37,660 nt of DNA. It comes from Octopus bimaculoides (taxonomy: Eukaryota). The DNA lies in contig NC_068987.1 in assembly GCF_001194135.2 (NCBI RefSeq), positions 82,328,829-82,366,488 of the forward strand, given 5' to 3'. Below, piece by piece: positions 22,872-35,170 of this stretch (position 1 is its first letter; each line of letters begins with the position of its first letter). The notes beneath the pieces are model-generated. The model searched no databases. It saw nothing but the letters and a program-made list of their open reading frames with translations, and was not told the origin of the DNA. The position numbers were made by a program, and so were the translations under genes.

Positions 22872-23940
22872 TAGTTTTATTTTTATAACGTGCTTTCACT
22901 TCACTACCGAGCGCAGCTCTGTGCACCTTGGGTATGTGCTGTGGTTTGCTGTGGTGCTCTTATGTTTACTGTATTGAAAGTGTTTTGCGTAGAATGTGTG
23001 CAGTACCCAGTAGTGCAATTTCCTGTATGTTATATATATTTGTAAGTCCTGCTATTTTTGTTATGTATTTGTCTGAATATTTTTTTATTATACCTAAGGC
23101 ACCTACTATGATAGGAATTGTTTCTGTTTTTAGATTCCACATTCGAGTTATCTCTATTTCCAGGTNNNNNNNNNNNNNNNNNNNNNNNNNNNNNNNNNNN
23201 NNNNNNNNNNNNNNNNNNNNNNNNNNNNNNNNNNNNNNNNNNNNNNNNNNNNNNNNNNNNNNNNNNNNNNNNNNNNNNNNNNNNNNNNNNNNNNNNNNNN
23301 NNNNNNNNNNNNNNNNNNNNNNNNNNNNNNNNNNNNNNNNNNNNNNNNNNNNNNNNNNNNNNNNNNNNNNNNNNNNNNNNNNNNNNNNNNNNNNNNNNNN
23401 NNNNNNNNNNNNNNNNNNNNNNNNNNNNNNNNNNNNNNNNNNNNNNNNNNNNNNNNNNNNNNNNNNNNNNNNNNNNNNNNNNNNNNNNNNNNNNNNNNNN
23501 NNNNNNNNNNNNNNNNNNNNNNNNNNNNNNNNNNNNNNNNNNNNNNNNNNNNNNNNNNNNNNNNNNNNNNNNNNNNNNNNNNNNNNNNNNNNNNNNNNNN
23601 NNNNNNNNNNNNNNNNNNNNNNNNNNNNNNNNNNNNNNNNNNNNNNNNNNNNNNNNNNNNNNNNNNNNNNNNNNNNNNNNNNNNNNNNNNNNNNNNNNNN
23701 NNNNNNNNNNNNNNNNNNNNNNNNNNNNNNNNNNNNNNNNNNNNNNNNNNNNNNNNNNNNNNNNNNNNNNNNNNNNNNNNNNNNNNNNNNNNNNNNNNNN
23801 NNNNNNNNNNNNNNNNNNNNNNNNNNNNNNNNNNNNNNNNNNNNNNNNNNNNNNNNNNNNNNNNNNNNNNNNNNNNNNNNNNNNNNNNNNNNNNTAAGAT
23901 CAGAAGCCATGAGAGCCGCTGCCTGGTAAGGCATTTGGGC

Positions 23941-23984
<44 letters not shown>
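22798..23984 (-). mobile_element. R4/Dong-like LINE embedded in a (TAA)n microsatellite, middle in a gap
   Basis: C-terminus LEIEITRMWNLKTETIPIIVGALGIIKK..IQEIALLGTAHILRKTLSIQ* (22966-23165), short 3' UTR, (TAA)n at 22798-22869 and again at 23943-23984. Confidence 0.85.
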
Positions 23985-24900
23985 GTGGTGGTATTTCATC
24001 CATTTTCTTACGTTTTAAGATTAAATTCTGCCGAGATCGACTTTGCCTTTCATCCTTTAGAGATCGATAAAATAAGTACCAGATGAGTCCCGAAGTCGAC
24101 GTAATCGACTTTTCCCTCCTCTCAAAATAACTGAACTTGTACCAAAACTTAGAAAGTTATATTTTCATAGCAGCAACAATTTGTATGACTTTGGCTCGCA
24201 GTTTGTCAATGAGATTTATTTTAGATACCAGTTGTAATAAACAGAATACGGTTTAACAACTGAGATCGTATTTTAACCTGAAATCTCGCATAGGGTCTAA
24301 ATTGTCATAACTTTATTCTCTAAACCAATTATATCGATGGATTTCAACGTAAACATCCTTTCAAAACTCAACAGATCAAATTGTAAAAGCGCGACTGCGT
24401 TGCAGGGGAGATAACTTTTATAAAAGTTGTTTCCCCTGCATCAATTTTTTGCTGTTTTATTTTCAATTTGAAACTTTAGTTTTTATATAACGTTACTTAA
24501 CGGATATCAGATTTCGGCATATTTATTTATTTTCTATCTTGTATAATATTTCTTATGACTATTATATTTCACACAAATAAAATGCCTTCTGTCTTTCTCT
24601 AAATATATTCACAGTCTTGAATGGTTTTAGTTCAACAAATCAACCCCAGTGTTTATTTTATCGGTATTTTCTACCGAACCGCTAGATTACGAAGATGTAA
24701 AAAAACTAACACCGAGTGTCTAACAATAGAAAGAAATAAACGCACGTTCCAAGACATGCACACACATACGACGGGCTTTCTCTCAGTTTCCATCGACCAA
24801 ATCGATCCGGTATTACAGTACAATGGGACTAAATCCGAAATCTCGGGGTTGTCAATACATGTACTTATATTTTCGTGCTTGCGGTTATACATACATACAT

Positions 24901-24962
<62 letters not shown>

Positions 24963-25369
24963 GTGCGTGTGTGCATTCGCTAGCCGGTGCTGCTTGATAA
25001 TGTATCAGGCTTTGCACTTGTGCAGTCATGAGGAACCTTCTGTATCGTCTTGGCCCCTTCACATTTGTCCCTGTATAACGTTCAGGAAATTACAGCTGGA
25101 GTGAGATGTGGGGAGAATCATATCAGCTTCTGCTGCTGCTCATTGCAATAACGTGAAATAAAGTGTTTTGCTCAAAGGCGTAGCATGTTGCCTGATCCAG
25201 AAATTGAACCTACGGCCTTATAATCATAAGCTCAACACTGTAACCGCAAGATCTTCGGCCTTCATAACTTAAGTTTTAAGTTTTAATTGGATTTGGTTAA
25301 AAAGAGACGATGAGCGATGGCTAGAGAAATATTGAGCTTTGTTTTAATAACCAGTTGATCTAGCAAGCG

Positions 25370-25560
25370 GGGCCTCATATCAGTGAGGGGGGGGGCGGTG
25401 CGCATTGATGCCGTCGAGAGGTAGGCCCCGAAATGACGCGCATTCTCTCCTGATGACCCCATACACTTGCTGGCTTCCGGTATGCGGAGTTCTTGACTGG
25501 TAGCACTTGCATGTGCGAGTTGTTTGCAAGACATATTTAGAGTATTAGTGAGTCAGATTC
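25370..25560. promoter_or_regulatory. CpG-rich single-copy block, possible promoter or enhancer
   Basis: GGGGCGG, TGCGCA, TGACGC, CTTCCGG and TGAGTCA within about 190 bp; not matched to any repeat in the window. Motif-level evidence only. Confidence 0.3.
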
Positions 25561-25639
25561 TAAAAAGTCTTCTGTAACGTCAATTATGAAAATATTTCGG
25601 TTCATCTGCTCCCCTGTTCAGACATTATCGTTTGGTGGA

Positions 25640-25850
25640 AGGCGGCGAGCTGGCAGAATTGTTAGCACGCTGAACGAAATGCTTAGCGGTATTTCGGCCG
25701 TCGCTACGTTCTAAGTTCAAATTCCGCCGAGATCGACTTTACCTTTCATCTCTTCGAGGTCGATAAATTAAGTACCAGTGAAACACTGGGGTCGATGTAA
25801 TCGACTATTCTCCTCCCCAACAACTTTCAGGCCTTGTGCCTCCCTTAGAA
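25640..25850 (+). mobile_element. Family A SINE, CpG-retaining copy
   Basis: GGCGGCGAGCTGGCAGAATTGTTAGCACGC..GTTCAAATTCCGCCGAGATCGACTTT..GTCGATAAATTAAGTACCAG. Confidence 0.9.
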
Positions 25851-25936
25851 AGGTTTATTGTTTGGCGGACAGAAGAGGTGAATCCCTATTGGATGGCTTA
25901 AGTATGTCTTGTAAGTTACTTTTAGAACATCTAGAA

Positions 25937-26290
25937 CAGTGTTTTTCAGTCAGGGTCCATGTGGCCCCTGAGAGTCCATAAAAGATTTTTGGGGTCCACA
26001 CACCAAAATGGTAAATTGGGGATTCACAGTTTTAAGTATTTGAAGGGCACCTGAAGAAATTTTGCATTAGATGTATGTACTTATTATGTATTATACGAAA
26101 CGGTTAGGTTTCTTTCCTCAACGTTTTACATAGTTCAACCTACACAAGTTAATGTGTGAGAAACAAAATAGGAATTTTGAAAGAAGTTTCTATAAAACTA
26201 GTTTTTTAAACATCAAATGGCTATGGGGGTCCACCAGAATGAAGTAGCAATCAAAGGGGTCCGTAAATAAAAAATGGTTTAGAACCCCTT
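25937..26290. mobile_element. hAT/Charlie-like MITE
   Basis: Degenerate TIRs CAGTGTTTTTCA/TTAGAACCCCTT; 8-bp flanks ATCTAGAA and ATCTAGAG match the NTCTAGAN Charlie target. Confidence 0.75.
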
Positions 26291-27059
26291 ATCTAGAGCA
26301 AGGAAGCTTAGCAAAGCCCATCACTCACCAAGCTATACTGATAGGCGGGGCAGCGTTGCTCACGAGACAAACTAACCATAAGAGAAAAAGAAAACAAACT
26401 GTACGGAATTTACATATGTTTACAATGCAGCTTTAGTGTAAACAGACGCATGCGCGCGCGCACACAGACACACAAACGCATGCACACGCGCGCGCACATA
26501 TGCATACACAAAATTGTTATCTGTTCTCGTTTTAAAAAATGATGGAAATCGTGCTTTAAGGTAAAGTTCTCAATATAAAGAATGGAAATAATTATTAAAA
26601 TAAGGACTCTTGCAAGACTAGCTTCGCTCTCTTCACTTTAGAAAACGTCTGAGCGTTACTCTCAAACGAATTCAAAAGAAAAAGAAATAAAGTTAGTCTT
26701 GTAAGATTCATGATTTTAATAGAAAGAGGATAACTTTGGATAATAGCTTCAATACCCTAATTATGAATTTAAATTTATATTGATAATTGGCGTATTTGGT
26801 TTTGTTATTACATGCTTAACAAAACTAGGCAAAACTAGTTTTTACAAAACTAAGGTTTTCAGCAGAAGAAATAAACCAGCTAACATACATATAGCAAATA
26901 CAATCTGTAAATGGAATAGTAAAAATATGCAAGATTTTTCTCAGGTTCAAAATGTGGCATTGGTTTTGGTTATCTATGTTCTAAAATTGGAGCTTTGCAT
27001 CGTTGTTAGAAACTAAATCTTTTCCAATGAGAAGATTTCGAATCATTAAAAATTGAAGA

Positions 27060-27116
27060 GAACATACATACGTACATGCATACATACACGCATACATACA
27101 TACATACATACATACA

Positions 27117-27150
<34 letters not shown>

Positions 27151-27590
27151 CATACAAAACTGCACATGCACTGAGTCCAAATACTGCACATATACACACA
27201 TACATGCAAAAATACCCTGTTGATATAGAAATTCAGATGAAGGAGCCTTGGATCTAGGTTAGAAACCGGTTCTTTCTCTATTAACAAGAGAATACATACA
27301 TACATACATACATACATGCATGCATACAAACATACATACATACATCTACGCACATACATACATTTACATACATACATGCATACATATACATGCATACATA
27401 TACGCACATACATACATATACATACATAGATATACGCACATACATACATACATACATACATACATACATACATACATACATACATACATACATACATGCA
27501 TGCACGCAAGGAAATAAAAAGCAACAGTAGGTGATACGTAACGAAGCTACAGGACGGACACACGTTCGCTCACAGAAAGAGAGAGAGAGA

Positions 27591-27665
<75 letters not shown>

Positions 27666-27666
27666 C

Positions 27667-27702
<36 letters not shown>

Positions 27703-27760
27703 GAGAGACAGACTGACAGACAGACTGAGAGACAGACAGACTGAGACAAAGAAAGAGAGA
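27060..27760. repeat. Compound (TACA)n and (GA)n microsatellites
   Basis: Direct reading; source of the MYVC and SLSL ORFs. Confidence 0.95.
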
Positions 27761-28297
27761 GAATCGCAATCTATAAACTCTTTCCTCTCAAAATCAACTT
27801 TTACATTACATGACTTTTCGATTTTCAACGCCATTCCAATTGATTTCGTTCGACTACACGCATTCGTATAACAGTGAAGTATCATCGGTTTATTGAGCAA
27901 AGATTCTCACTGAAATCTGAATAATGAGATGTAAAATTAAATGTAGCAGAAGAAAAAAAAAAATAAGCATTTAGTTCGACATGCTATTGAACATGTCCAT
28001 CTGTATTGTGTTGTATAGCTTCTAATAATACCAGATAATCTTTTTCGCTATGTCTATTTTTATTCCGTGACCAGAGAGAAACATCACGATAGAGAATGCA
28101 AGGGAAATAACTGTGTACCGATCGAATGAGCGAAGTTTGTAGTTGCTCTCTTCGTATTCTAATTTTCTTTTTTCTCTTTTCTTTTACATGTACTGATAAA
28201 AATAATAATGATAATTCTAAAGAGTGAGGCTAAAATTACCTTACTTGCGTCCACAAACGGAATCTGCACCTAATTAACAGCTCTAAATGTAAAAATT

Positions 28298-28336
<39 letters not shown>

Positions 28337-28781
28337 AGGAAGGCGAGTGAAATAAAACCCTGGCTACATTGATGTTATACAGTTTAGAAGTCTCTTGATT
28401 ATACAAGTTTGAAACAGACGAGTATTTTGACTGAAAAGCAGCTTGGCGACAGAGAGATGAGTGCTCACGCGAAGTAGATGCCAGATTTTCTATTAAAGAT
28501 GAAAGACGTGAATCATTTACAGGCACTTTCAGAGCAAATTCAATACAGCTACAAGTTGAAACTAAATTGAAAAGATTTTGTCTAATTATATATTCTCCTA
28601 TTGATTTCACATGAAGCTTTATTATTTTACGGCGTGGAAGACATATTAGCCATTCAAAAACACACAAACACTCTTAACTTCTTTCAAGCATTAATTAGTT
28701 TGGTGTCAGAATTTTCGTCGCACCAACTGACGCGGTTCCACTGCATCTGGTTTCTGGCCAGGTGGTTGGTCGACATATATA

Positions 28782-29186
28782 CCGTAAATCCTCGAGTATA
28801 ATCCGCACGTTTTTCACAAACTTTAAAGGTCAACATTTCTAGTGCGTACTATATACGAGGTTAAAAATGAAAAATATTTTCTAAGCAAAAATTTCTAAGT
28901 AATAAATATGTAAAGGCAATTTGCTTAATATTTATTTTTCACTGACGTTATTACTGTTATTTCTTTATTTTCTGCAAACAAAGTGCACAAAAAAGCTACA
29001 CGTTTGCATTATGTTATATATACAATAATAATAAAGGATGTTACCGTATATACGTTTACAAACCAAGAACGTTATATAGACCTCCTTGACTCAAGTTAGA
29101 GAAGGTTTAGGTTTTTCATAGGTACAGCCCCCTAAAAATCCCCTGCGTATTATGCTCAAGGGCGGACTATACTCGAGGATTTACGG
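28782..29186. mobile_element. pogo/Tigger-like MITE (405 bp)
   Basis: 25-bp TIRs CCGTAAATCCTCGAGTATAATCCGC / GCGGACTATACTCGAGGATTTACGG (1 mismatch), TA on both sides. Confidence 0.92.
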
Positions 29187-29455
29187 TAAGTTCCCGAGTT
29201 ATAATTTTTTTTTTCAACCCCAAACCTCACCACAATCCTGATGCAGTGGAACCGCATCTTTGACCAGATCGCAATTGGTGCGACGAAATTTTTTTACACC
29301 AAATACGTATATTTTAGTGAAGTTAACAGTCTCTCTGTGTTTTTGAACAGTTAATTTGTGTCTCCCATATTGTAATTCTTTTAGTTTTAACATTTCAGTG
29401 CACGGTCTCTGATCAAATTTCTTACCAGGACAGTACATCTCCAAAATGTGTATAC

Positions 29456-29815
29456 TAGCTGTGTTGTTAGAAGCTTGCTTCCCAACCATATGGCTCTGGT
29501 TTCAGTCCCACTGCGTGGCACCTTGAGCAAGTGTCTTCTACAATAGCCTCGGGTCAACAGTGAGTGAATTTAATAGACAAAAACTGAAAGTAGCGCGCCA
29601 TATATTCATATATATCTATGTGAGCGTGTGTTCATATTTGTTCCCCACCAACCTATGTTGGTGCGTTTATGTCCCCATAACTTATCGATTCGACGAAGGA
29701 ACCGATAGAATAAATGCCAAGCTTTAAGATAAACGCTGGATTCATTCGACTAAAACTCTTCAAGGCGATGCTCCAGTATGGACGCAGTCTAATGATAATG
29801 ACTGAAAGTAAAGCA
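29456..29815 (+). mobile_element. Family B SINE, diverged, tail-to-tail with an inverted tail fragment (about 29826-29890)
   Basis: Head GCTTGCTTCCCAACCA..TTCAGTCCCACTGCGTGGCACCTTGAGCAAGTGTCTT, and the family B tail. Confidence 0.85.
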
Positions 29816-29950
29816 TAAAATATATATTCTTTTAGTCATTTGACTGCGGCCTTGCTGGAGCACCGCCTTTAGTCGAACAGATCCACACTAGGACTCTGTG
29901 TGTGTGTGTGTGTGTGTCTTGAATGGCACAACAAAGTTACTATAATAACT

Positions 29951-29992
29951 GTTATAATATTTCGGAATACAAAAATTCCTTCTTCAGATATC
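29951..29992 (-). ncRNA. Minimal type I hammerhead fold, intact core
   Basis: Minus strand GATAT-CTGAAGA-A-GGAAT[TTTTGT]ATTCC-GAA-ATAT-T-ATAAC; stem I 4/5 paired, palindromic stem III ATAT. Confidence 0.62.
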
Positions 29993-30076
29993 GCTAGAAA
30001 TTGTTCGAGTCACTGCTACAATCGGTTTTCCAATGGTTACTTCCAAGTAAGTTTATCTATCTATCTATCTATCTAT

Positions 30077-30310
30077 CTTATTTCTTTATTTCCCACAAGG
30101 GGCTAAACATAGAGGGGACAAACAAGGACAGACAAAGGGATTAAGTCGATTACATCGACCCCAGTGCGTAACTGGTACTTAATTTATCGACCCCGAAAGG
30201 ATGAAAGGCAAAGTCGACCTTGGCGGAATTTGAACTCAGAACGTAACGGCATACAAAATACTGGTAAGCACTTCGCCCGGCGTGCTAACGTTTCTGCCAC
30301 CTCACCGCCT
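30077..30310 (-). mobile_element. Family A SINE, full length, CpG-rich
   Basis: Reverse complement of the 6629-6852 type. Further copies at about 33815-34015(-) and 34487-34672(+). Confidence 0.92.
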
Positions 30311-30312
30311 TG

Positions 30313-30364
<52 letters not shown>

Positions 30365-30365
30365 C

Positions 30366-30430
<65 letters not shown>

Positions 30431-31443
30431 TTATCTATCTATCTATCTACCTACCTACCTACATACATACATACATACATACATACATACATACATACAT
30501 ACATACAGTAGATATGCTTTTGAATGACTAATATGTATCTTCCACGCTGTAATTGTTTCAGGCTCAAACACACGGCCTCAGATCAAATTACTTGTCTGGC
30601 AAGTGCACATTCGAAACTTTTATTATTATCATTATTTTTCATATATTGAGATTCCTCAGTCACAAGGCATGTTTTTCTACTGAGGAAATAACAATTGTTT
30701 TCATCCCCAAAAGTATAACTTAATTTATGTATGTACTACAAAGAGTTCACCCAAAAGGTATAACTTAATTTACGTATGTAATACAAAGAGTTCACACAAT
30801 CGACATTAGTAGCAATATCTATTTTTAACAGGCAGTCTTCGACTCTTTCTATACAAACGGATTTTAAGTCCAATATTTAAAGGTATTGTCTATAGCTTTG
30901 TCTGTTTGTATTATCATTTTGTCAGCTTGAATTATTTTGCGCTCTCTCGAACATTCCTGCACGGACGTTCAAAAGACTGGACGTTGTTTTTTTCTCTCTC
31001 TCTCCTTTCTTTTCTCTTACCAAAGAGAATATTTCTCCCAGCGTTCACTATATTCCTCTTGTTCTGGTCTAACGACCCTCTGTGTTTGTTTTCCTTCTGT
31101 TTTTTGTATGTCTCCACAGTACTGCTTTTGTTCTCAAGTTTGACCCTCTATAAATCCTAAATCTTATTTTAGAATTTATGGGAGCAACTGTCTTTGAAGA
31201 CTCATATTGTCGATGAATGCGCGAAATGAGGAGTAGACAGACAGCCGACAACTTATGAAGAGTCCTTTCTCTGTGTTTTCTTGTCCTGTAATCTATGTTT
31301 TCTCTCTTGTATCCGTATTTAACTCGTTTGTTTACGTATTTCATGTTGTTGCACAGTAGGTGACGTCCTGTACCCATATATGCATATATATATAATTTAT
31401 TATTATTATTTAATTGAACGCCATGCATCCATTTCCAAGTACG

Positions 31444-31493
<50 letters not shown>

Positions 31494-31876
31494 GACAGAC
31501 AGGCAATCGTACAAAAGGTTTTTCAACCCAATATTTAGAAGCTATCATTTCTAACCTTATCAGCTTCAGGTCTCACCATTCCAAAACAGAATTATTTCAC
31601 GTTTTGTCGAAGTTTCTAATTTTTTTATGACGTCAATATATATATAAGTAGAATTCCATTTCTTTCAGCTATTTCTTCTTCCTATTTGTGGAGAGTCGCT
31701 CAAACTTTCTTAAAATAGACGAGGTTACACCAGAGTAACCACATAAATGTGAAACTAAAAAAATCATCATATTTGTAATATCTTTGCAGCTTTATTAATA
31801 AAGCATATTACTCTACCTCCGGTATTCGTGTACTATTTTTTCCACCTTGTTTCACATCTATGTACTTACCCTAGTG

Positions 31877-31920
<44 letters not shown>

Positions 31921-32742
31921 NNNNNNNNNNNNNNNNNNNNNNNNNNNNNNNNNNNNNNNNNNNNNNNNNNNNNNNNNNNNNNNNNNNNNNNNNNNNNNNN
32001 NNNNNNNNNNNNNNNNNNNNNNNNNNNNNNNNNNNNNNNNNNNNNNNNNNNNNNNNNNNNNNNNNNNNNNNNNNNNNNNNNNNNNNNNNNNNNNNNNNNN
32101 NNNNNNNNNNNNNNNNNNNNNNNNNNNNNNNNNNNNNNNNNNNNNNNNNNNNNNNNNNNNNNNNNNNNNNNNNNNNNNNNNNNNNNNNNNNNNNNNNNNN
32201 NNNNNNNNNNNNNNNNNNNNNNNNNNNNNNNNNNNNNNNNNNNNNNNNNNNNNNNNNNNNNNNNNNNNNNNNNNNNNNNNNNNNNNNNNNNNNNNNNNNN
32301 NNNNNNNNNNNNNNNNNNNNNNNNNNNNNNNNNNNNNNNNNNNNNNNNNNNNNNNNNNNNNNNNNNNNNNNNNNNNNNNNNNNNNNNNNNNNNNNNNNNN
32401 NNNNNNNNNNNNNNNNNNNNNNNNNNNNNNNNNNNNNNNNACAATATTTTAATCATTTAGAAATATTTTTAAGTGAACGTGATTTCAAAAATGCAGGCTG
32501 TTTGTACAATAAGTATTTGTATTTTAGCATTCTTTAAACAGACAATATTTTAACGTTTGTAAAATTTATTTTCAAATGAATACCATTAAAAAATTTATTT
32601 TGACATATTTAAAAAATATTTTAAAGCGAAAATTACTTTAAAAATATGGTAAATATTTCGTAAAAGACTCGTTCGTAACCTGGATGTGAAATAATTTTTT
32701 TCCACAGGTTTTTTCCGAGTGCATTCAAAGTATCACATCTCC

Positions 32743-32861
32743 AAAGATTTGGCTGCTATTTCTAGCACGCCCTGCTACCACGTAACAGCCATTTGCGATA
32801 AAATACCCGAAATAGCTGTTACGTGGTAGCATGGCGTGCAAGAAATAGCAGCCGAATCTTT
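32743..32861. repeat. 47-bp-arm GC-rich hairpin
   Basis: 32743-32789 vs 32815-32861, 3 differences, 25-nt loop. An arm-like motif also occurs reversed near 3150-3180. Confidence 0.92.
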
Positions 32862-32990
32862 CCTTTTCTGGGGAAAGGAGCCGCTTACGCGTGATTTCGA
32901 TGACATTCGTTGAAAGCATGGGAAATAACCAGGAAAAGGAAAAAAACCCACGAAACAAAACTCCATTGCTGGGAAACTCAGACTTTTCCG

Positions 32991-33018
32991 GTGACCCAAC
33001 GGGTCACGAGTAGTCTAG
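32991..33018 (+). mobile_element. Helitron-like 3' terminus
   Basis: Hairpin GTGACCC-AAC-GGGTCAC, 7 nt, then CTAG followed by T. The 5' TC end is not identified. Confidence 0.7.
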
Positions 33019-35134
33019 TATATATGTATATACACACACACATTCACATACATGTTTACATATAAAGCTATTTATATACATACAAATATATGTAGGTGGG
33101 TGTGCGCGCGTGTGGTGCGTATGTGTGTGTGAATTGAAACGGAGTTGTTCATAAACCATTCAGTACGGCATAACAGCTATAACAACTTCTCCTATACCCC
33201 GTATATGTTTCAAATATACCCGGCTTCGTAGTTTGTTTTCATAGCTATAAAAACGTCTCGTTAAAACGGGGCGCTTTTTTTATAGTTTATAAGAAATTAC
33301 CATTTTTATTTTATACTTTTTTAATGGATAAAACTTTCTCCAATGTTATTTATTTTCATTGCGATTTAATAACTATTGAACAAAGCATGAATTTTATCCT
33401 TATTCTTTTTATAGTTTGACCGTCCATCTGTGAATCTTCCTGTCATTTTTTTTCTTTCCTAATGTTAATTTCCTCTCCAACTGGTTCAACAGATTCCATA
33501 ACTCCAATGGAGCTACCAGAATTAAATTATTTCTCTCTCCTGTACCTTTCAAATATTCTTTTTATTCTAAGATACCATAACATTTAATTTCCGTTCAGGC
33601 TTTTGCATAGAAAACTTTCCGCCCATTTTATATGCTGTTATATATGCTACCATATAAGTAATGTTCGGTACAGGTATGGCTGTGTAGTTAAGACATTTGC
33701 TTCCCAACCACGTGGTTCCGGATTCGACCCTACTGCACGGCACCTTATGCATGTGTGTTCTACCATAGTTCCGTTGCGTGAACACACACACAAATACCTT
33801 AGTAAAAATTTTTCTTATATAGGCACAAGGCTTGATATTTCGAGGGAGGGGGATAGTCGATCCCTTCGACCCCAGTACTTGACTCATACTTAATTTATCG
33901 ACCCCGAAAGGATTAAAGGTAAAGCCGATCACGGTGGAGTTTGAACTCAGAACGTATCGACAGGCGAAATACAGCTAAGCATTTCATCCAGCGTGATAAT
34001 GATTCTGCCAGCTTAAATACCTTAGAAATAACGAACGGGAAAAAAAGTATTCAACACAAGCAGTAGAGTATAACCAAGTTATACAACAACAGCCTTGCGT
34101 CATAAATCTTGAGTTTTCGCAAATCCACAATTGTTAGGTAATAAAACAAGATTATAACAAATGTAAATATGACATGGTGAATGAACACATGTTTCCCATT
34201 GACTAAACGGGTTTCGCATTAAAACACGTGAAATCTTGCGTGATTCAGCCAAGAATATTTTTAAGTGTTGGAGCAGTGAAGATACCTCACAGATTACGAT
34301 CAATTGAACGCAAATTATATACATATGTAAACTTATGTAGTAGAATACAAATATGGCAAATTTAACCATCTCTTTGTAGATTGAAATAAGGACCGGGCGT
34401 TGTGAATGTTTATTGAGCAAAAATACCTAAAGCTGCATGAGGTTCCGGCAGGGTAAAAACGTTAGCACAGTGGGTGAAATGCTTAGCTGGCAGAATCGTT
34501 AGCACGCCGGACGAAATGCTTAACGGTATTTCGTCTGCCACTGCGTTCTGAGTTCAAATTACGCCGAGGTCGACTTTGCCTTTCATCCTTTCGGGGTCGA
34601 TAAATTAAGTACCAGTTGCGTACGGAAGTCGATTTAATCGACTGGCCTATTCCCCCCAAATTTCGGACCTAGAGTAGGAAAAAAAAAAAGAATATTAGCG
34701 CATCTGATGCGACGAACCGATCCTGCATGTACAAATTTATATGGTTTAAATATCGCTGAATATGTATTGTTTCAATGCGTATGTTTGCCTCTCATATCGA
34801 AATATTTATTTTACATATATATTTTNNNNNNNNNNNNNNNNNNNNNNNNNNNNNNNNNNNNNNNNNNNNNNNNNNNNNNNNNNNNNNNNNNNNNNNNNNN
34901 NNNNNNNNNNNNNNNNNNNNNNNNNNNNNNNNNNNNNNNNNNNNNNNNNNNNNNNNNNNNNNNNNNNNNNNNNNNNNNNNNNNNNNNNNNNNNNNNNNNN
35001 NNNNNNNNNNNNNNNNNNNNNNNNNNNNNNNNNNNNNNNNNNNNNNNNNNNNNNNNNNNNNNNNNNNNNNNNNNNNNNNNNNNNNNNNNNNNNNNNNNNN
35101 NNNNAGAATTTTGTCTCAAATCCCAAATCTTCCG

Positions 35135-35169
<35 letters not shown>

Positions 35170-35170
<1 letters not shown>

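Noticed and set aside
24401-24440. 40-bp palindrome, and a similar small hairpin at 33245-33285
   Set aside because: Real but short; most likely internal to DNA-transposon relics, with no further supporting structure.
25425-25465. GAAA and CTGATGA near each other, possible type II hammerhead
   Set aside because: Stems I and II cannot form.
25283-25534. 83-aa minus-strand ORF over the CpG-rich block
   Set aside because: No recognisable domain; length is expected by chance in GC-rich sequence.
26642-26700. Exon-like segment between TCTCTTCACTTTAG and GTAAGA
   Set aside because: Only one open frame, unrecognised peptide, no partner exons.
31716-31755. TAGACGA-GGTTAC[ACCAGA]GTAACC..GAAAC hammerhead-like relic
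   Set aside because: C3/U4 missing, 10-nt insertion before GAAA, no stem I or III.
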